Shown here one piece after another: positions 54,001-62,766 of a stretch of 64,000 bases of DNA. Each line of letters starts with the position of its first letter. Within the stretch, counting starts at the first letter, position 1. Location of the stretch: assembly GCA_002633005.1 (NCBI GenBank), contig NMRA01000308.1, forward strand, positions 62,001 through 126,000, given 5' to 3'. This DNA comes from Phoronis australis. Taxonomy: Eukaryota > Animalia > Phoronida. The position numbers were made by a program, and so were the translations under genes. The notes beneath the pieces were generated by a model. That model did not search any database, had not been told where the DNA came from, and worked only from the letters and a program-made list of their open reading frames with translations.

Positions 54001-57000
54001 ACCCTTACACCGAAAAATAACTGTCAGATAGTTCCGTACGCATCCAGCTACACGGCGACTAATATGGGCCTTACCGAGACAAATGTCGAAAGTTTTTAGC
54101 ACGAGACCGGCAAGTGCTGAATGAAACACGCTCTGGTTTAGACCTACTACTTGTGCAAATTTCTTTAGACACATCTAGCTAGTTAGATTGCATGGCTCTG
54201 GCCAAAAGACGGTCTCTGCTTCGGCAAATGAACTCTAGTGACACGCACGCGCTTGCTTACTCGCAGACGAACTTCAAAACAAACATCACGTGACAACAAC
54301 ATGTGTGTTCGTCCAAACATTTTTCTCGCCGTGTTGCCGATCATACATGTAGATGGCACGATCTTGCACAGATTTGTACTTAAACCTGCCGTTAATCCAG
54401 ACTCCATGGAAAGTAAAAAAATCTTAGAGATGCTACTTATAAAACTTAATGAGGATTTCAGGTAATTTGCTTGAGTCGAAACCATTTTTATTTAAGCATT
54501 GAAGTCGCTATATCGAAGACGGTGACTTCGAGGCAGTCAGTCGGCGAGTTTTTGCCCTGGGATTTCAGCACAATTTTCTATAAAATGATCGTAATTTAGC
54601 AGCAAAGTTTGATAGCAATGCACCACAGTTTTGTTGAAAGTCTTTCATAGATTACATATACGTCCCCTAGTGTAAATTTGATGAATCTTAGCTTCCGATT
54701 TCACCCGTTTCGGAGACCAGGTTTCAACTGCCTTGGGTTATAATAAGCGCCCCCCCCCCCTGAAACCGAACTTTTCTAAGCGCCCTGGGCGGTTGTTACG
54801 GCGAATACAGTATATGTATTGAATACCCGGACATGAAATTGCCACCTATACCAAATGTTGCAATGTAATATGTACAAATGAGCTCAGCTCCAAGTGCAAT
54901 AAACAACCTCTCTCTCTCTCCCTCTCCCTCTCCCTCTCTCTCTCTTTTGAGAACAAATTTAAAACTGACTCATATTTGAGCGTAGAGAACCTCATCTGGT
55001 GAAGTGCAATAGGTAACCACAAGGAGTCATGCATTGGTAATGTTTATTGCAATCTTAAACGCAAATATATTGTGGCAATTTCGAGACTTTTTGTGATTTA
55101 AGTGTCCTGTTTAGGTGCAAAATTTCAAGGTATATTAATAAAAATTGTCAACAATATTTTTATTTTACTTCTTGTTCAGTTTTGAAAATGCAAATCATAG
55201 TATTGGCATGTGAAAATATTGCGTAGAGCTGAAACTAAAGTGAAGAGAAGAATAAAAAGTTCGCAAACCAAAATTTTGAATCTAGTACCCGTTTAATTGC
55301 AATAGCTGGCTAAGGGCATAGAATACAGGGTTAAGGAGCATCGACCTCGGGAAACATCGTAACAGGAAAATATCAGTTCTATGTTATATATGTTCCTGGG
55401 AATATCGAAAAGCATCGGGTCTTTCATAGCTGCCGGGAATCTATGAGTTCATTTTCAAATAAACCACTGGCACCCAGATGCTTAACAGAACCAAGCCAGT
55501 ATACTATTTCATTTAGGACTGTCGCTGTTTTCTTTTGATGTGCAGCTTTGAAGTGGTGCGCACGTGTGAGTTCACGCACTTGAATCGCTGGAGTAGGCTT
55601 ACACTTTACGTTAGCAACAACGTGTGAAAGACAAATCATATTTCGCGCACGTAGCCCCAGAAACAAGTAAAGGAGTTTGAGAATTTCTTGGCAACTGGAA
55701 GTAAAGACATGGCTGTCGTTTGGCGATTAATAGGGTTGTCATTTTCACTTAAGCTGTCCTATGCGATAAAAATGAGACGTACATCTCTAAGTCACGATTG
55801 TCTGCAGGGACTGCTAGCGCGCTAACAACGGGACCAACCAGTGCCGCAGTGCGATATCAGGGATATTGTCGTGGATATTTGGTACACGTAATAAGGACAT
55901 CTTACGCGAAAAATAAACATATTTGTCCATCACAAACTTTGGTAAGTTTATCGCATGAGAATTAGTAAAAACACCGCTGTTTTGTGATGTTTTATCATGT
56001 GTTATGCAGTGACCTGAAACTTTCTTCGTCGATTTCAGAAATTTGCAAAAGTGGCCAAAAATGTTGGCCAATGAAACTCGTCAAAGATTGAGTTTGCATA
56101 TCCAATGTTCACGCGACTTGATTACAAGTCATCGAGAGGGCTGTTCTCGGTTAGTGTTCTTTTGAACTAGGATTTGGCAACAACCAAATAACAGTCGGAT
56201 TAACAAGAGTTGCTTTATATTTGCCAGTATCTCCCGAGAAGTGTAAAAACTCAGCTCGCTTTCATTGGAAATTCCGGGTCGCATTTTGTGACTTGATATG
56301 AGCTGACAAAAATCTCAGCTCGCATTTTCGAATTTCAGGTTGCAAATACAACCTGCAGCTCGTTATGTCGAGCCCTGATTTCAATTGACGGTTTTGACAA
56401 TTTAAAAATCTTTTTCGTTAACACTTGGGCAGATTTAGAAAAAATTGAAAACAAAAATTTTCATAACTTATGGCCGAGGGAAAAAGTTGTCTTACATGTT
56501 TCTTATGATCCATTATCAGGTATCTGTAAATACCTGGACTTTATTAAAAAGAAATTTTGATTGTTTCTAATGTTTGAGAGAAAATAAAACTTGTTTTTAC
56601 AAATCATTATTTTGTATGATGTACGCAAAGTTTTGATTACTTCATTAATGAGGTTAATTATCGGGATAAGTTTGGCACTTGTTACACGTAAGACTAAAGT
56701 ACATGTATTTCAACTTCATGATAGTGTCATTGTTTATGTGATGCATTCAACAAAACTCATTAAAATATGATAAAAACATCATCATTAACAGCTGCTCACC
56801 TATTGGAGTTTACATCAAAAGAGTCACAGACACAAAACAGTTCGCCAACAAAACATTTTTCCTAGAAAAACAACTTTATCAAGAACTTCCACTATGTTTA
56901 ACAAGCACACCCATTTTATTTCATATGCAGAGAATTTTGCTCTCGGATATACACCGTATTACATGAATGTAGCAACAAGTTTTCTATTCAAAACATTGCT

Positions 57001-59859
57001 GTGGGGTCCTGAAATTATCAGGCAGAGCAAGGCCATGCTGTGTGCTGGGCAGGTTCTCGAAATATTGTCTGGTGTTAGCTATGGTGTACGAGTTATGACT
57101 GGTGAAGCCTTTCTTGTGCTACTTATATTTTATGGAGACAATTAAAAATTTAAATTTCACTTGTTGGCACATTGTGTCCAAACTTAGTGAGATTTCATAC
57201 TACATAGTTTTGCACAAGATAAATACGACAAGAGATTATTACTAAAAAAGCAGGGGAAATTATGAAGAACAAGTGATGTTATTTTGTGGTATCACTTAGT
57301 ACTTTGCCTGACACTGGTCAGTTAAACAGTGAGCAACATCGCAGATGATATTGTTAAAAGACTTAAAAAGTCAAAACCACTTGCAAGTTGTGCACGAGAC
57401 GCCAAGTTCGCATCCCATTCATAACGATGACAGAACAGTTTCAGGAAAACTACAACACCTGACTCATTCTGCAATCTGCGCTCAGTTTTCAAAACTATAG
57501 TAATCTCAAATAAAGGCAAATATACTATATCGTTGACTCATGAATGATTAATCAAATGTGAATTTTTATGTTCAAGAAACTTAAACCAGTTCCATGATTT
57601 GACTGCTTTCTTCCAGACAGAGGTTGGTCCTTGTAATGTCATCAAGTAAATGAACCAGATGAAGCGATTACTTCTAAAGCCAAGGTTTCTTATAAACCAA
57701 CATTTTAGTAGCATGCAACATGATTTGTATTAAATCTTACTTATACTTTTGATGTTCTTGTCTTCTTTAATGTTGAGAAATAAATTTAGAATTGATTGCA
57801 GGGTCTGACTTAAAGCATCAAGATACATACATTGATCAATCCTAATTACTTTACAACATAAATGAATACTACAGTCACAGTGCAGTTATTAGTTGGACTG
57901 TGATTTTCCGCTCAACTTCTTAAACAAAAGAAAATTAAGAAAACAATCGCAAAATTTTAATTCATTTTGAACAGTCTTTCTAACATGGCATGCGAAATAA
58001 AGATTTTAGTTGTGATATCACAAATTACCACATCATCACATCAGCAGGAAAGTTCCTATTAAGATATTATCAATGAGATTGAAATTTAGAGCGACAATTA
58101 TTTCAGAATTAATCAGCTTTAAACAATTTTGTGGTGCAGCAAAAATTAACCATGTTATAAGTTGTACAGTTTGTACTTGCCCTTCCCATTTCCAAACCAA
58201 CATCATTTGTTGTTGGGTTTTGTTTGAATTCAAATTAACTGAACAATGAATACCCATTTTGTGATATTAGAGAGACATAAAGAAATATGCCTTGTCACAA
58301 GATGGCGGTAGTGTTGCTGATTGAAAGCATTCTGTAATCTTTTAAGGATTTAAAGCAGTGTGATATTTTCCAGCATTCTAATTTTTGTGACCATTGTATT
58401 GTCAAATTGTCACACACAAACATGTCCAGTGTCTCAAAGTGTCTGCAAATGAAAGAAATTGAGTATTGTGCTGGTATTATCAACAGGGACTATCTTGCAC
58501 GTTGGAAATAGAAACAGGGTCAAGCAAATAATTCTTTTTGTGCTCTCACAATAATAAAGAATTGTATTTAGTATGATTCGTAGTCCCCTGACATTTATAC
58601 AACCTTAGCAACTGAAACTAACCTATGAATGATAGCAAGCAACTTATTGTAGCAGTGCCCTCTTTGGGATTAGAGCCCTTTGTTTCATTTATTAATTTGG
58701 TGATAAAAGAACGGAACAAATAACCTCAATGGGAAGAAATGCAGCCTATAATTTTTAAGACTTATGATGTGAGCTTGAAGGTTGCAATTTCTGTTTGACC
58801 TCATTAGAGAGGCCTGGTGTGAATTAATAGCAGTTATTCTAAATCCTATAGATCACTTTTACATTGATTAAGGAACAAGACAGTTTTACAAAGTTCAGTA
58901 TTTGGTGTTTGACAGACAACACTTGTTGGCTTATTTCACAAAAAAAATGTAATATTCGACAATTACGAAATGACTAAAACTTGTTGTAATAGTCTGAATA
59001 AAAAGCCTAAGAATTAAATCCAACCAGGTCTTCAAATAAAGGGTGTCCAAAGCATCCAAATGGACACCCGGACTCAAATTTAGACACCCTAGTAACACCA
59101 TATTGAGCACTGGACACAGGGTGAAGTAAATAAAAAAGCATGGTTATCCCTTACAACTTGATAAAAGCAGCTCTGAAAGCTCATTGGCCAGTCTAAAATA
59201 AAAAAATTTGGTTTAGATATGATGTAAGACATTTATAACAGCAATTTGACTACAACTGATAATAATGCTGTCAGGTGTTATTGGTCATGGACACCCTGCG
59301 AAATTGGAAAACACAGTTTGGATGCTTTATTTTTGAAATCGTGGATGAACCCCTGAGTCTAATTAGAAATATATTTGACCCAATTTCAATCACAAACTGC
59401 TTATTTATAATTTAGACGCCAGACACTTAATTAAAGCTGTAGTGAATTCGTTTGACTTCAAAATATCTAAACAGTAGGTTACCCCCAAGATGTCAGTTAA
59501 ATGTCCCCTTTACTAAAACAGTATTACAATATTCCACACAACACACCTGAGCCCTAACCACCTGCAGAGCACACTTGGAATCCAAGTGTGATCCACAATC
59601 TACATTCTAATCAGTAGTGCCAGCCACAGGCAATGTAAAAGCAACCCCCATACACTTTATGGAACACTAGATAATCAATTTCTATCAAAATTCGCAATTT
59701 TGCACTCACCAAATTGAGAACAGTGTCCACAACATTCTTGTTTTCTACCTGCCCCACTTTGATGAATCCAATCAATATTCCGAATTTCACCTTGTCGGGG
59801 CCAGACATTCTCAAGACATCGTCTGTGGTCTGTGCGTTCTCTCCGGCTGTTTGGCTCAT
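1..59859 (-). CDS. NBEA: Neurobeachin/LRBA-family (BEACH-domain) gene, multi-exon CDS span, 3'-truncated by the window edge (33 coding exons, about 1,865 aa visible)
   Basis: Spliced translation gives diagnostic neurobeachin/LRBA/rugose segments ([127 protein letters not shown]). All introns GT-AG with consistent phases. NBEA versus LRBA cannot be separated in an invertebrate. Confidence 0.96.
34..429. repeat. Perfect 66-bp tandem repeat x6 containing the exon 33 splice acceptor
   Basis: Unit cattcttacagtccactgcactttgagcacacagagactgtaaagggagaggttaagcatactttg starts at 34, 100, 166, 232, 298 and 364. Confidence 0.97.
1225..1333 (-). CDS. NBEA: NBEA exon 32 ([37 protein letters not shown])
   Basis: 109 nt, phase 2-0. 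Confidence 0.94.
2455..2581 (-). CDS. NBEA: NBEA exon 31 ([41 protein letters not shown])
   Basis: 127 nt, phase 1-2. Confidence 0.94.
3171..3858 (-). CDS. NBEA: NBEA exon 30 (VEVSVDVHF...acidic...[38 protein letters not shown])
   Basis: 688 nt, phase 0-1; conserved APLLRE.F.DFAPFLS.TL.GSHGQEL. Confidence 0.88.
3583..4275. repeat. 343/349-bp direct duplication flanking a single N (probably uncollapsed haplotypes)
   Basis: 3583-3925 versus 3927-4275; differ by a 6-nt indel and 2 SNPs; N at 3926. Confidence 0.9.
4781..4899 (-). CDS. NBEA: NBEA exon 29 ([12 protein letters not shown]...DLDSEQ), acidic linker
   Basis: 119 nt, tctgcag acceptor, gtaggt donor; phase 1-0 bridges exons 28 and 30. 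Confidence 0.8.
5674..5833 (-). CDS. NBEA: NBEA exon 28 ([31 protein letters not shown]...)
   Basis: 160 nt, phase 0-1. Confidence 0.92.
6040..6930. repeat. Second, more degenerate member of the same periodic interspersed repeat family
   Basis: ggtttaggagatacagc, ccaaatttc and gccact.gg.ggtgc motifs recur. Confidence 0.6.
8680..8800. repeat. About 42-bp tandem repeat, 2.5-3 copies
   Basis: catagtttggacatcagtagggtttataactactgcacatgga variants. Confidence 0.8.
9560..9577 (-). CDS. NBEA: Candidate 18-nt alternative microexon of NBEA (TFGLNS)
   Basis: tgccactttttcag|ACATTTGGTCTCAATAGT|gtaagt; in frame, phase 0-0 like the host intron. Confidence 0.55.
10614..10721 (-). CDS. NBEA: NBEA exon 27 ([36 protein letters not shown])
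   Basis: 108 nt, phase 0-0. Confidence 0.93.
11017..11171 (-). CDS. NBEA: NBEA exon 26 ([15 protein letters not shown]...TQPSDK)
   Basis: 155 nt, phase 1-0. Confidence 0.9.
11815..12310. repeat. 58-bp tandem repeat (about 9 copies) containing the exon 25 splice donor
   Basis: ccacttaccc recurs at 12277, 12219, 12161, 12103, 12045 and 11987, with degenerate copies below. Confidence 0.92.
12285..12465 (-). CDS. NBEA: NBEA exon 25 (GEIDLAES...[16 protein letters not shown])
   Basis: 181 nt, phase 0-1. Confidence 0.93.
12869..13022 (-). CDS. NBEA: NBEA exon 24 ([11 protein letters not shown]...[14 protein letters not shown])
   Basis: 154 nt, phase 2-0. Confidence 0.93.
13993..14855 (-). CDS. 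NBEA: NBEA exon 23, large variable acidic/low-complexity exon ending [30 protein letters not shown]
   Basis: 863 nt, strong poly-pyrimidine acceptor, phase 0-2, conserved RIPEFRWS motif. Confidence 0.9.
14340..14500 (-). repeat. Coding 21-bp minisatellite (VTSGDAD-type heptapeptide, about 8 copies) in exon 23
   Basis: tctcctgaggtgacgtctgca variants; peptide [54 protein letters not shown]. Confidence 0.9.
15255..15452 (-). mobile_element. tRNA-derived SINE remnant
   Basis: A-box TGGCTTAGTGG, B-box-like GTTTCAAATAC, (AATA)n tail. Confidence 0.55.
15782..15931 (-). CDS. NBEA: NBEA exon 22 ([14 protein letters not shown]...[14 protein letters not shown])
   Basis: 150 nt, phase 0-0. Confidence 0.88.
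16215..16480 (+). mobile_element. tRNA-derived SINE remnant with L2/CR1-type tail
   Basis: A-box GCAGCTCAATGG, B-box-like GGATTCAACC, core CCCGGGCAAAGCACTT, tail GGTCCTATGAGCC...GAAGGATTTACTTTAC. Confidence 0.55.
16500..16835. repeat. About 70-bp degenerate tandem repeat (5 copies) containing the exon 21 splice donor
   Basis: gtggttaccttagaatgcaatatggccagagtatctatccacaccct variants at 16787, 16716, 16646, 16576 and 16508. Confidence 0.85.
16795..16987 (-). CDS. NBEA: NBEA exon 21 ([12 protein letters not shown]...[18 protein letters not shown])
   Basis: 193 nt, phase 2-0. Confidence 0.94.
17254..17377 (-). CDS. NBEA: NBEA exon 20 ([11 protein letters not shown]...FLSDL...SKENKR)
   Basis: 124 nt, phase 1-2. 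Confidence 0.92.
18035..18116 (-). CDS. NBEA: NBEA exon 19 ([27 protein letters not shown])
   Basis: 82 nt, phase 0-1. Confidence 0.92.
18712..18820 (-). CDS. NBEA: NBEA exon 18 ([20 protein letters not shown]...YNALFE)
   Basis: 109 nt, phase 2-0. Confidence 0.92.
20579..20769 (-). CDS. NBEA: NBEA exon 17 ([19 protein letters not shown]...MRSTP)
   Basis: 191 nt, phase 0-2. Confidence 0.93.
22683..22825 (-). CDS. NBEA: NBEA exon 16 ([19 protein letters not shown]...STVHE)
   Basis: 143 nt, phase 1-0. Confidence 0.93.
23039..23207 (-). CDS. NBEA: NBEA exon 15 ([13 protein letters not shown]...YYYWVINP...PRGV)
   Basis: 169 nt, phase 0-1. Confidence 0.93.
23680..24009. repeat. 19-bp minisatellite (agtggataagtaggtccat), about 17 copies
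   Basis: Direct inspection; explains the repetitive ORFs at 23647-24206. Confidence 0.95.
24444..24596 (-). CDS. NBEA: NBEA exon 14 (SSSKHLT...[22 protein letters not shown])
   Basis: 153 nt, phase 0-0. Confidence 0.93.
25610..25718 (-). CDS. NBEA: NBEA exon 13 ([12 protein letters not shown]...[12 protein letters not shown])
   Basis: 109 nt, phase 2-0. Confidence 0.92.
26017..26162 (-). CDS. NBEA: NBEA exon 12 ([31 protein letters not shown]...)
   Basis: 146 nt, phase 0-2. Confidence 0.93.
26959..27099 (-). CDS. NBEA: NBEA exon 11 ([17 protein letters not shown]...HALMLE)
   Basis: 141 nt, phase 0-0. Confidence 0.93.
27215..27480. repeat. About 44-bp degenerate minisatellite
   Basis: catatgagtgtcacttttactgagtcctactgagtaggaaagca variants, about 6 copies. 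Confidence 0.85.
27993..28049 (-). CDS. NBEA: NBEA exon 10 ([19 protein letters not shown])
   Basis: 57 nt, tttcag acceptor, gtattg donor, phase 0-0. Confidence 0.88.
28275..28421 (-). CDS. NBEA: NBEA exon 9 (PFDKCYIGS...FCGQ...GPAYK)
   Basis: 147 nt, phase 0-0. Confidence 0.93.
28422..28611. repeat. Two-copy 90-100 bp duplication of the exon 9 acceptor region
   Basis: ctgaaat..agagaagaaggattaatgaaa...ctgaagaggaccaggttgtt.agatattatacatgat occurs twice. Confidence 0.85.
29204..29745. repeat. 42-bp minisatellite, about 13 copies
   Basis: ccttgagaccatgcttggtccattaaataacagtatactatt; explains the 14-aa periodic ORFs. Confidence 0.95.
30126..30245 (-). CDS. NBEA: NBEA exon 8 ([24 protein letters not shown]...TTD)
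   Basis: 120 nt, phase 0-0. Confidence 0.94.
31247..31373 (-). CDS. NBEA: NBEA exon 7 ([14 protein letters not shown]...FQPRK)
   Basis: 127 nt, phase 2-0. Confidence 0.94.
32305..32426 (-). CDS. NBEA: NBEA exon 6 ([26 protein letters not shown]...PYLY), ConA-like/LamG domain
   Basis: 122 nt, phase 0-2. Confidence 0.94.
32591..32686 (-). CDS. NBEA: NBEA exon 5 ([12 protein letters not shown]...[14 protein letters not shown])
   Basis: 96 nt, phase 0-0. Confidence 0.92.
34806..36261. mobile_element. Non-autonomous Tc1/mariner-pogo-type DNA transposon (MITE), copy 1
   Basis: TIRs CCGTGTTCGTCCTAATAACCGCCCA...TGGGCGGTTATTAGGGCGAATACGG, TA on both sides, next to a (TA)n tract; colinear with 53391-54810. 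Confidence 0.85.
36484..36584 (-). CDS. NBEA: NBEA exon 4 ([21 protein letters not shown]...GRW)
   Basis: 101 nt, phase 1-0. Confidence 0.93.
37469..37595 (-). CDS. NBEA: NBEA exon 3 ([14 protein letters not shown]...DQMVA)
   Basis: 127 nt, AG/GT bounded, phase 0-1. Confidence 0.93.
37761..38061. mobile_element. Short TIR element with TTAA flanks (Kolobok/piggyBac-like MITE)
   Basis: TTAA|GGTATGTAGTACC ... GGTGCCACATAACC|TTAA imperfect TIR. Confidence 0.45.
39243..39347 (-). CDS. NBEA: NBEA exon 2 ([12 protein letters not shown]...CQVTLQ)
   Basis: 105 nt, ttgcag acceptor, CAG|gtaaaa donor, phase 0-0. Confidence 0.93.
41790..42660. repeat. Interspersed repeat with about 140-bp internal periodicity carrying CCACTAGRKGGC motifs
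   Basis: Related blocks (aaattgccactag...ggtttaggagatacagc) also at 6040-6930 and 63660-64000. Confidence 0.7.
42790..42969. mobile_element. Solo end of a mariner/pogo-like element
   Basis: Repeated TAACCGCCC subterminal motifs ending ...GATTACGG|TA, similar to the ends of the two MITEs. Confidence 0.5.
43086..43155 (+). pseudogene. tRNA-like (Val-like) sequence: tRNA pseudogene or SINE head
   Basis: A-box TGGTGTAGTGG, CGCG-cacacta-CGCG arm, B-box GAGTTCGAGTC; acceptor stem does not pair. Confidence 0.5.
43780..45580. mobile_element. 1.8-kb TIR element, PIF/ISL2EU-like termini, no transposase
   Basis: AATAGACCCTATTCACGC (43777) and GCGTGAATAGGGTCTATT (ending 45583) form an inverted repeat, with further CCAAAGCGAGGCTC/GAGCCTCGTTTTGG symmetry; superfamily is inferred. 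Confidence 0.7.
47799..47924. repeat. 31-bp minisatellite x4
   Basis: atgtgcaaagcctgagacagcactggtattc variants. Confidence 0.9.
48336..48404 (-). CDS. Candidate alternative first coding exon of NBEA ([23 protein letters not shown])
   Basis: gccATG context, upstream in-frame TGA, strong donor CAG|gtaaga; phase 0 matches exon 2. Confidence 0.4.
50910..51090. repeat. 25-bp minisatellite x7
   Basis: gggatctaagctgtaacatgtctaa. Confidence 0.95.
51683..51739 (-). CDS. Candidate alternative first coding exon of NBEA ([19 protein letters not shown])
   Basis: First ATG (ccaaATGG) downstream of a TATATAA in a CpG-rich patch; donor AAG|gtctgt; phase 0 matches exon 2. Confidence 0.45.
51770..52120 (-). 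promoter_or_regulatory. Putative internal promoter in NBEA intron 1
   Basis: Local CpG enrichment, TATATAA (minus, 51901-51907), TGCGTCA, CCAAT boxes, GCGCCATT, CGGAAGTG. Confidence 0.45.
52540..52689. repeat. 150-bp palindromic (hairpin) element
   Basis: AGGTTATACAACGTACGTGTTT/AAACACGTACGTTGTATAACCT arms, with pairing continuing inward to the centre CTCGGGCCTCGCCCTCG. Confidence 0.85.
53140..54945 (+). mobile_element. 3' fragment of a non-LTR retrotransposon (LINE), interrupted by MITE copy 2
   Basis: [14 protein letters not shown]...IR is the typical C-terminal Cys/His motif of LINE ORF2, stop at 53374. After the MITE, a UTR-like stretch ends in AATAAA and a (CT)n tail. Confidence 0.65.
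53391..54810. mobile_element. Non-autonomous Tc1/mariner-pogo-type DNA transposon (MITE), copy 2
   Basis: TIRs CCGTATTCGCCGTAATAACCGC...GCGGTTGTTACGGCGAATACAG, TA flanks; internal sequence homologous to copy 1. Confidence 0.85.
59710..59859 (-). CDS. NBEA: NBEA coding exon 1 ([10 protein letters not shown]...VVDTVLNL)
   Basis: ATG at 59859, donor TTG|GTGAGT, phase 0. [26 protein letters not shown] matches the neurobeachin N-terminus. Confidence 0.9.
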
Positions 59860-60248
59860 GATAGCGACAGTAGGTTACATCCACGTGAATCAATTACTGT
59901 CAAGCTATCAAAGGGCGCCCATATCTAGGACGCAGAATCAATCTAAAATTAGCAAACCCTGAAAAATTTTGTCGGCTTCATCAGGTTATTTCCGCAAGGA
60001 ACGAGGTGTAGAAATCCAGTGAAAATAATTGGATTAAAATTTCAAACAATTCAGTATTAGAATATGATGGTTTTATTAGAAATTTCATTTTATTTTCAAT
60101 AAATTCGAGTAATGAGTACTCAGATAAAAGAACAAATTTAATTATGTTCTGTAAAACTATATTGCTGTACGTTTTGTAGAATTGCATGTGGTGCGCTCTG
60201 TTGGCATGAAAAATAATCACTTCCGCCATTTGAAGACAACTGTTAGCG
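59860..60248. promoter_or_regulatory. Compact bidirectional promoter/5'UTR region shared by NBEA and the septin
   Basis: 389 bp between divergent ATGs; overlapping ETS-like CTTCCG and YY1-like CCGCCATTT at 60220-60232. Confidence 0.7.
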
Positions 60249-60278
60249 ATGGCTGCGGCAGACGTCGCCAAAAATCCG
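60249..60278 (+). CDS. SEPT6: Septin (SEPT6/8/10/11 group) coding exon 1 (MAAADVAKNP)
   Basis: gcgATGG start, donor CCG|gtaatt; 10-codon first exon resembling SEPT6 MAATDIARQV; phase 0 joins exon 2. Confidence 0.82.
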
Positions 60279-62196
60279 GTAATTTGGTCTCTTTCTTTGT
60301 AGAGATGTTGTTTTTTATGAATTCAGTTAGGAAGTTAATTCCATAGTCTCTTAATACTGTTATTTTTATTGCTATTTTCTTTAATTTATGTGTCTAATTT
60401 GTGTTTCATAATTGCATGTGATTTTACCGGATGTTGACTGTCAGTCGGGTCATTAGCATTTCAATTATAATTGCTATTGTTTGATCGAGCTTTGTGTGTT
60501 GATCAAAGATGGATGCTTGGTCTTTTATCTTATTTGATTTATGAATTGTCAACATACTTTGTGTGTTCGAAACTTCGTTATTGTTCCAAATTTCTTCAAA
60601 GGGAGTGCCTCCTCATTGCCTGGAATTCTTTCTTGACCAAATATGGAATTTGTTTATTTTTCTGACTTAATGACACTGTCGTAATTAGTGCTAATGGCAA
60701 TTTTAGAGTATTTTGAAAATGTCAGTTTCTATCAATAACAAATGTAACTTTGTATGAAAATCTTTCTGTTAATACTATAGTTGCTTAAAATTCGGTAATT
60801 GTCAAATATAGGTGGGTCCCTGATTTAAAATTGATTTGAAAACCATTTACTACCACTAAATGACGGGCATTATTCTGTCTGAGTAAATGGTTCTCAAATC
60901 AAAGACCAATGTATCTGTATTCTATTGTTGATATGCAGTGTAGTAAAATCAAAAGGAATTATGATACTGGTGCCGTCTGCTTCTTTGTTAGGTTTACATA
61001 CTACATGTTCTTTTAAAAATTTCACCTGATTATCACACAGTATTGCACAAATCATTCTTCAAGTGCTTGACACATTTGGTGGCTTTTCATTGGCTCTGGA
61101 GGGGTTTTGAGGGCGCCCAAGCCTGCCAAGAATTTTTTTTTTGTAAGTTTATATTTCATTTCCTACTGTTAGTTGGAATCTTTACTACTCTGTATGTATT
61201 AAAAGTATAAGCAATAATGGATTTTACACAGTACACAACAGGAACATGAACTGGCTTTAGAAACAAACTTATCAAGGATGGAAAAGAGGTGGGATAATCA
61301 GTTCAATTAGGGTGCAAAGTCAAAACCTGAAATTAAAAGAGGGCGCCACATCCTGTTAAATAGGACAGCACTTGGGAAACCTTTGAATGTAAAATTTCAG
61401 TGTTTGCAATTATCTTTATTCAATATATTGGCTAGGACATGCCATCAGTGTGGGTAGGTATTTTGCCCTTCAGAAAGTCTTGATAGTCAATGTTTCATCC
61501 TCAGTTCAGACATGGACTCCGGTTGATATTTCCCCTTTTCTGTTATCATATCATGTGAGTATTCTGGCTGTACAGAGATTTCTTCTCATTTGGATAAATG
61601 AAGGCAGTGATGGGTAATTCTTTTGGTATTGTCTCTGGTATTTAGTTACCCTCCCAAATGTTGATAAAAAATATTTTGTTTGGTAATTTAGCATTTATTT
61701 GTGTATGCTTCTATTTCTACCAAGTGATGGGTTTTCATGAAATTTAGCAAATATACTTCTATTAAGATACAACAACGTGGTGTAAATTTTTTGGCTTCCA
61801 CCTCTCTATCTGCCGAAGTGATTGAAGTATCATTTTGTAATTTTACAGATGTGTTCTTTTTCAGAGGACCACAATTGTCTTAGATTTTTGGACAGGCCCA
61901 ACTACTGTGCCACCCCCTAGAGTCATTTTTGCCTATGCCCCAATATGTCCCAAGTTCCTTGGTGGATCTTCATCAATTTAAATTTGATATTAATGTGATC
62001 CAGTGGAGAAAAGTCCTCCTATCATTGATTTCGGAAGGACTATGACCACTGTACAGTAATTCAGTTTTCCCTGGTTTATGTCTACCAACTGCCTTCCTGG
62101 ATGGTTGTGCACAAAATTTGGCAAATAAGTATCTATCAAGGAGAAGATTTACATTGTTTCAGATGAATTTGATTTATGTTGTACCCCCCCCCCCTC

Positions 62197-62640
62197 CAGG
62201 CCTTTATCCAGGATTTCGAAAATAGGGTGTCCAAAATGGGGTTCCCAGTATTCCAGGGCATACATGATTCCGAAGCGTAAACCCCCATCCCCAGCAATCC
62301 CCCCAAACACACAGATATTTTTACAAAACATGCATAGACCAAGGTTTTTACATCTAAACAGTGAGCATTTTTACTAAAAAACTGTAGACCAAGAGTTTTA
62401 CAATGCCATCAACCAAGTGTGAGTGTAGCAACATTGTATATACTTTGTATATACATTGTATATTTCTTCCTGCTTTAAAAAGAGTCCCCACTGTGAGCCT
62501 TCAGAGGCTTCCTAGTATTCATTACAATGTGTTAGTCCAAACATGAAAGGTTCCTAACAGTGGGCCTCCAAATGATACATTGGGCGTCCTTGAAAGGGCG
62601 TCCAGATTAGTGCTGCATATGTATGCTGGATAAAGGCCTG
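62197..62640. mobile_element. hAT-type MITE in septin intron 1
   Basis: 15-bp TIR CAGGCCTTTATCCAG/CTGGATAAAGGCCTG with a perfect 8-bp TSD CCCCCCTC. Confidence 0.88.
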
Positions 62641-62766
62641 CCCCCCTCCCGCCCTCACAGGTACTCACCATCCTGGTGCAGTCGTGAGCATGTTTCAATG
62701 TTTTGCATTGCTCTTGTTAGTTATTAAATTTGTATCATATTTATAATCCCTTTCCTACTGTTACAG

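Noticed and set aside
53953-54485. ORFs inside the MITE as a possible transposase
   Set aside because: Short, no DDE/D or HTH motif, and not preserved as ORFs in the second copy.
39348-59709. Nested mab-21 gene (MAB21L1/2 lie inside vertebrate NBEA/LRBA introns)
   Set aside because: No long single-exon ORF or Mab-21-like peptide anywhere in the window. The expected host intron is further 3', beyond the left edge.
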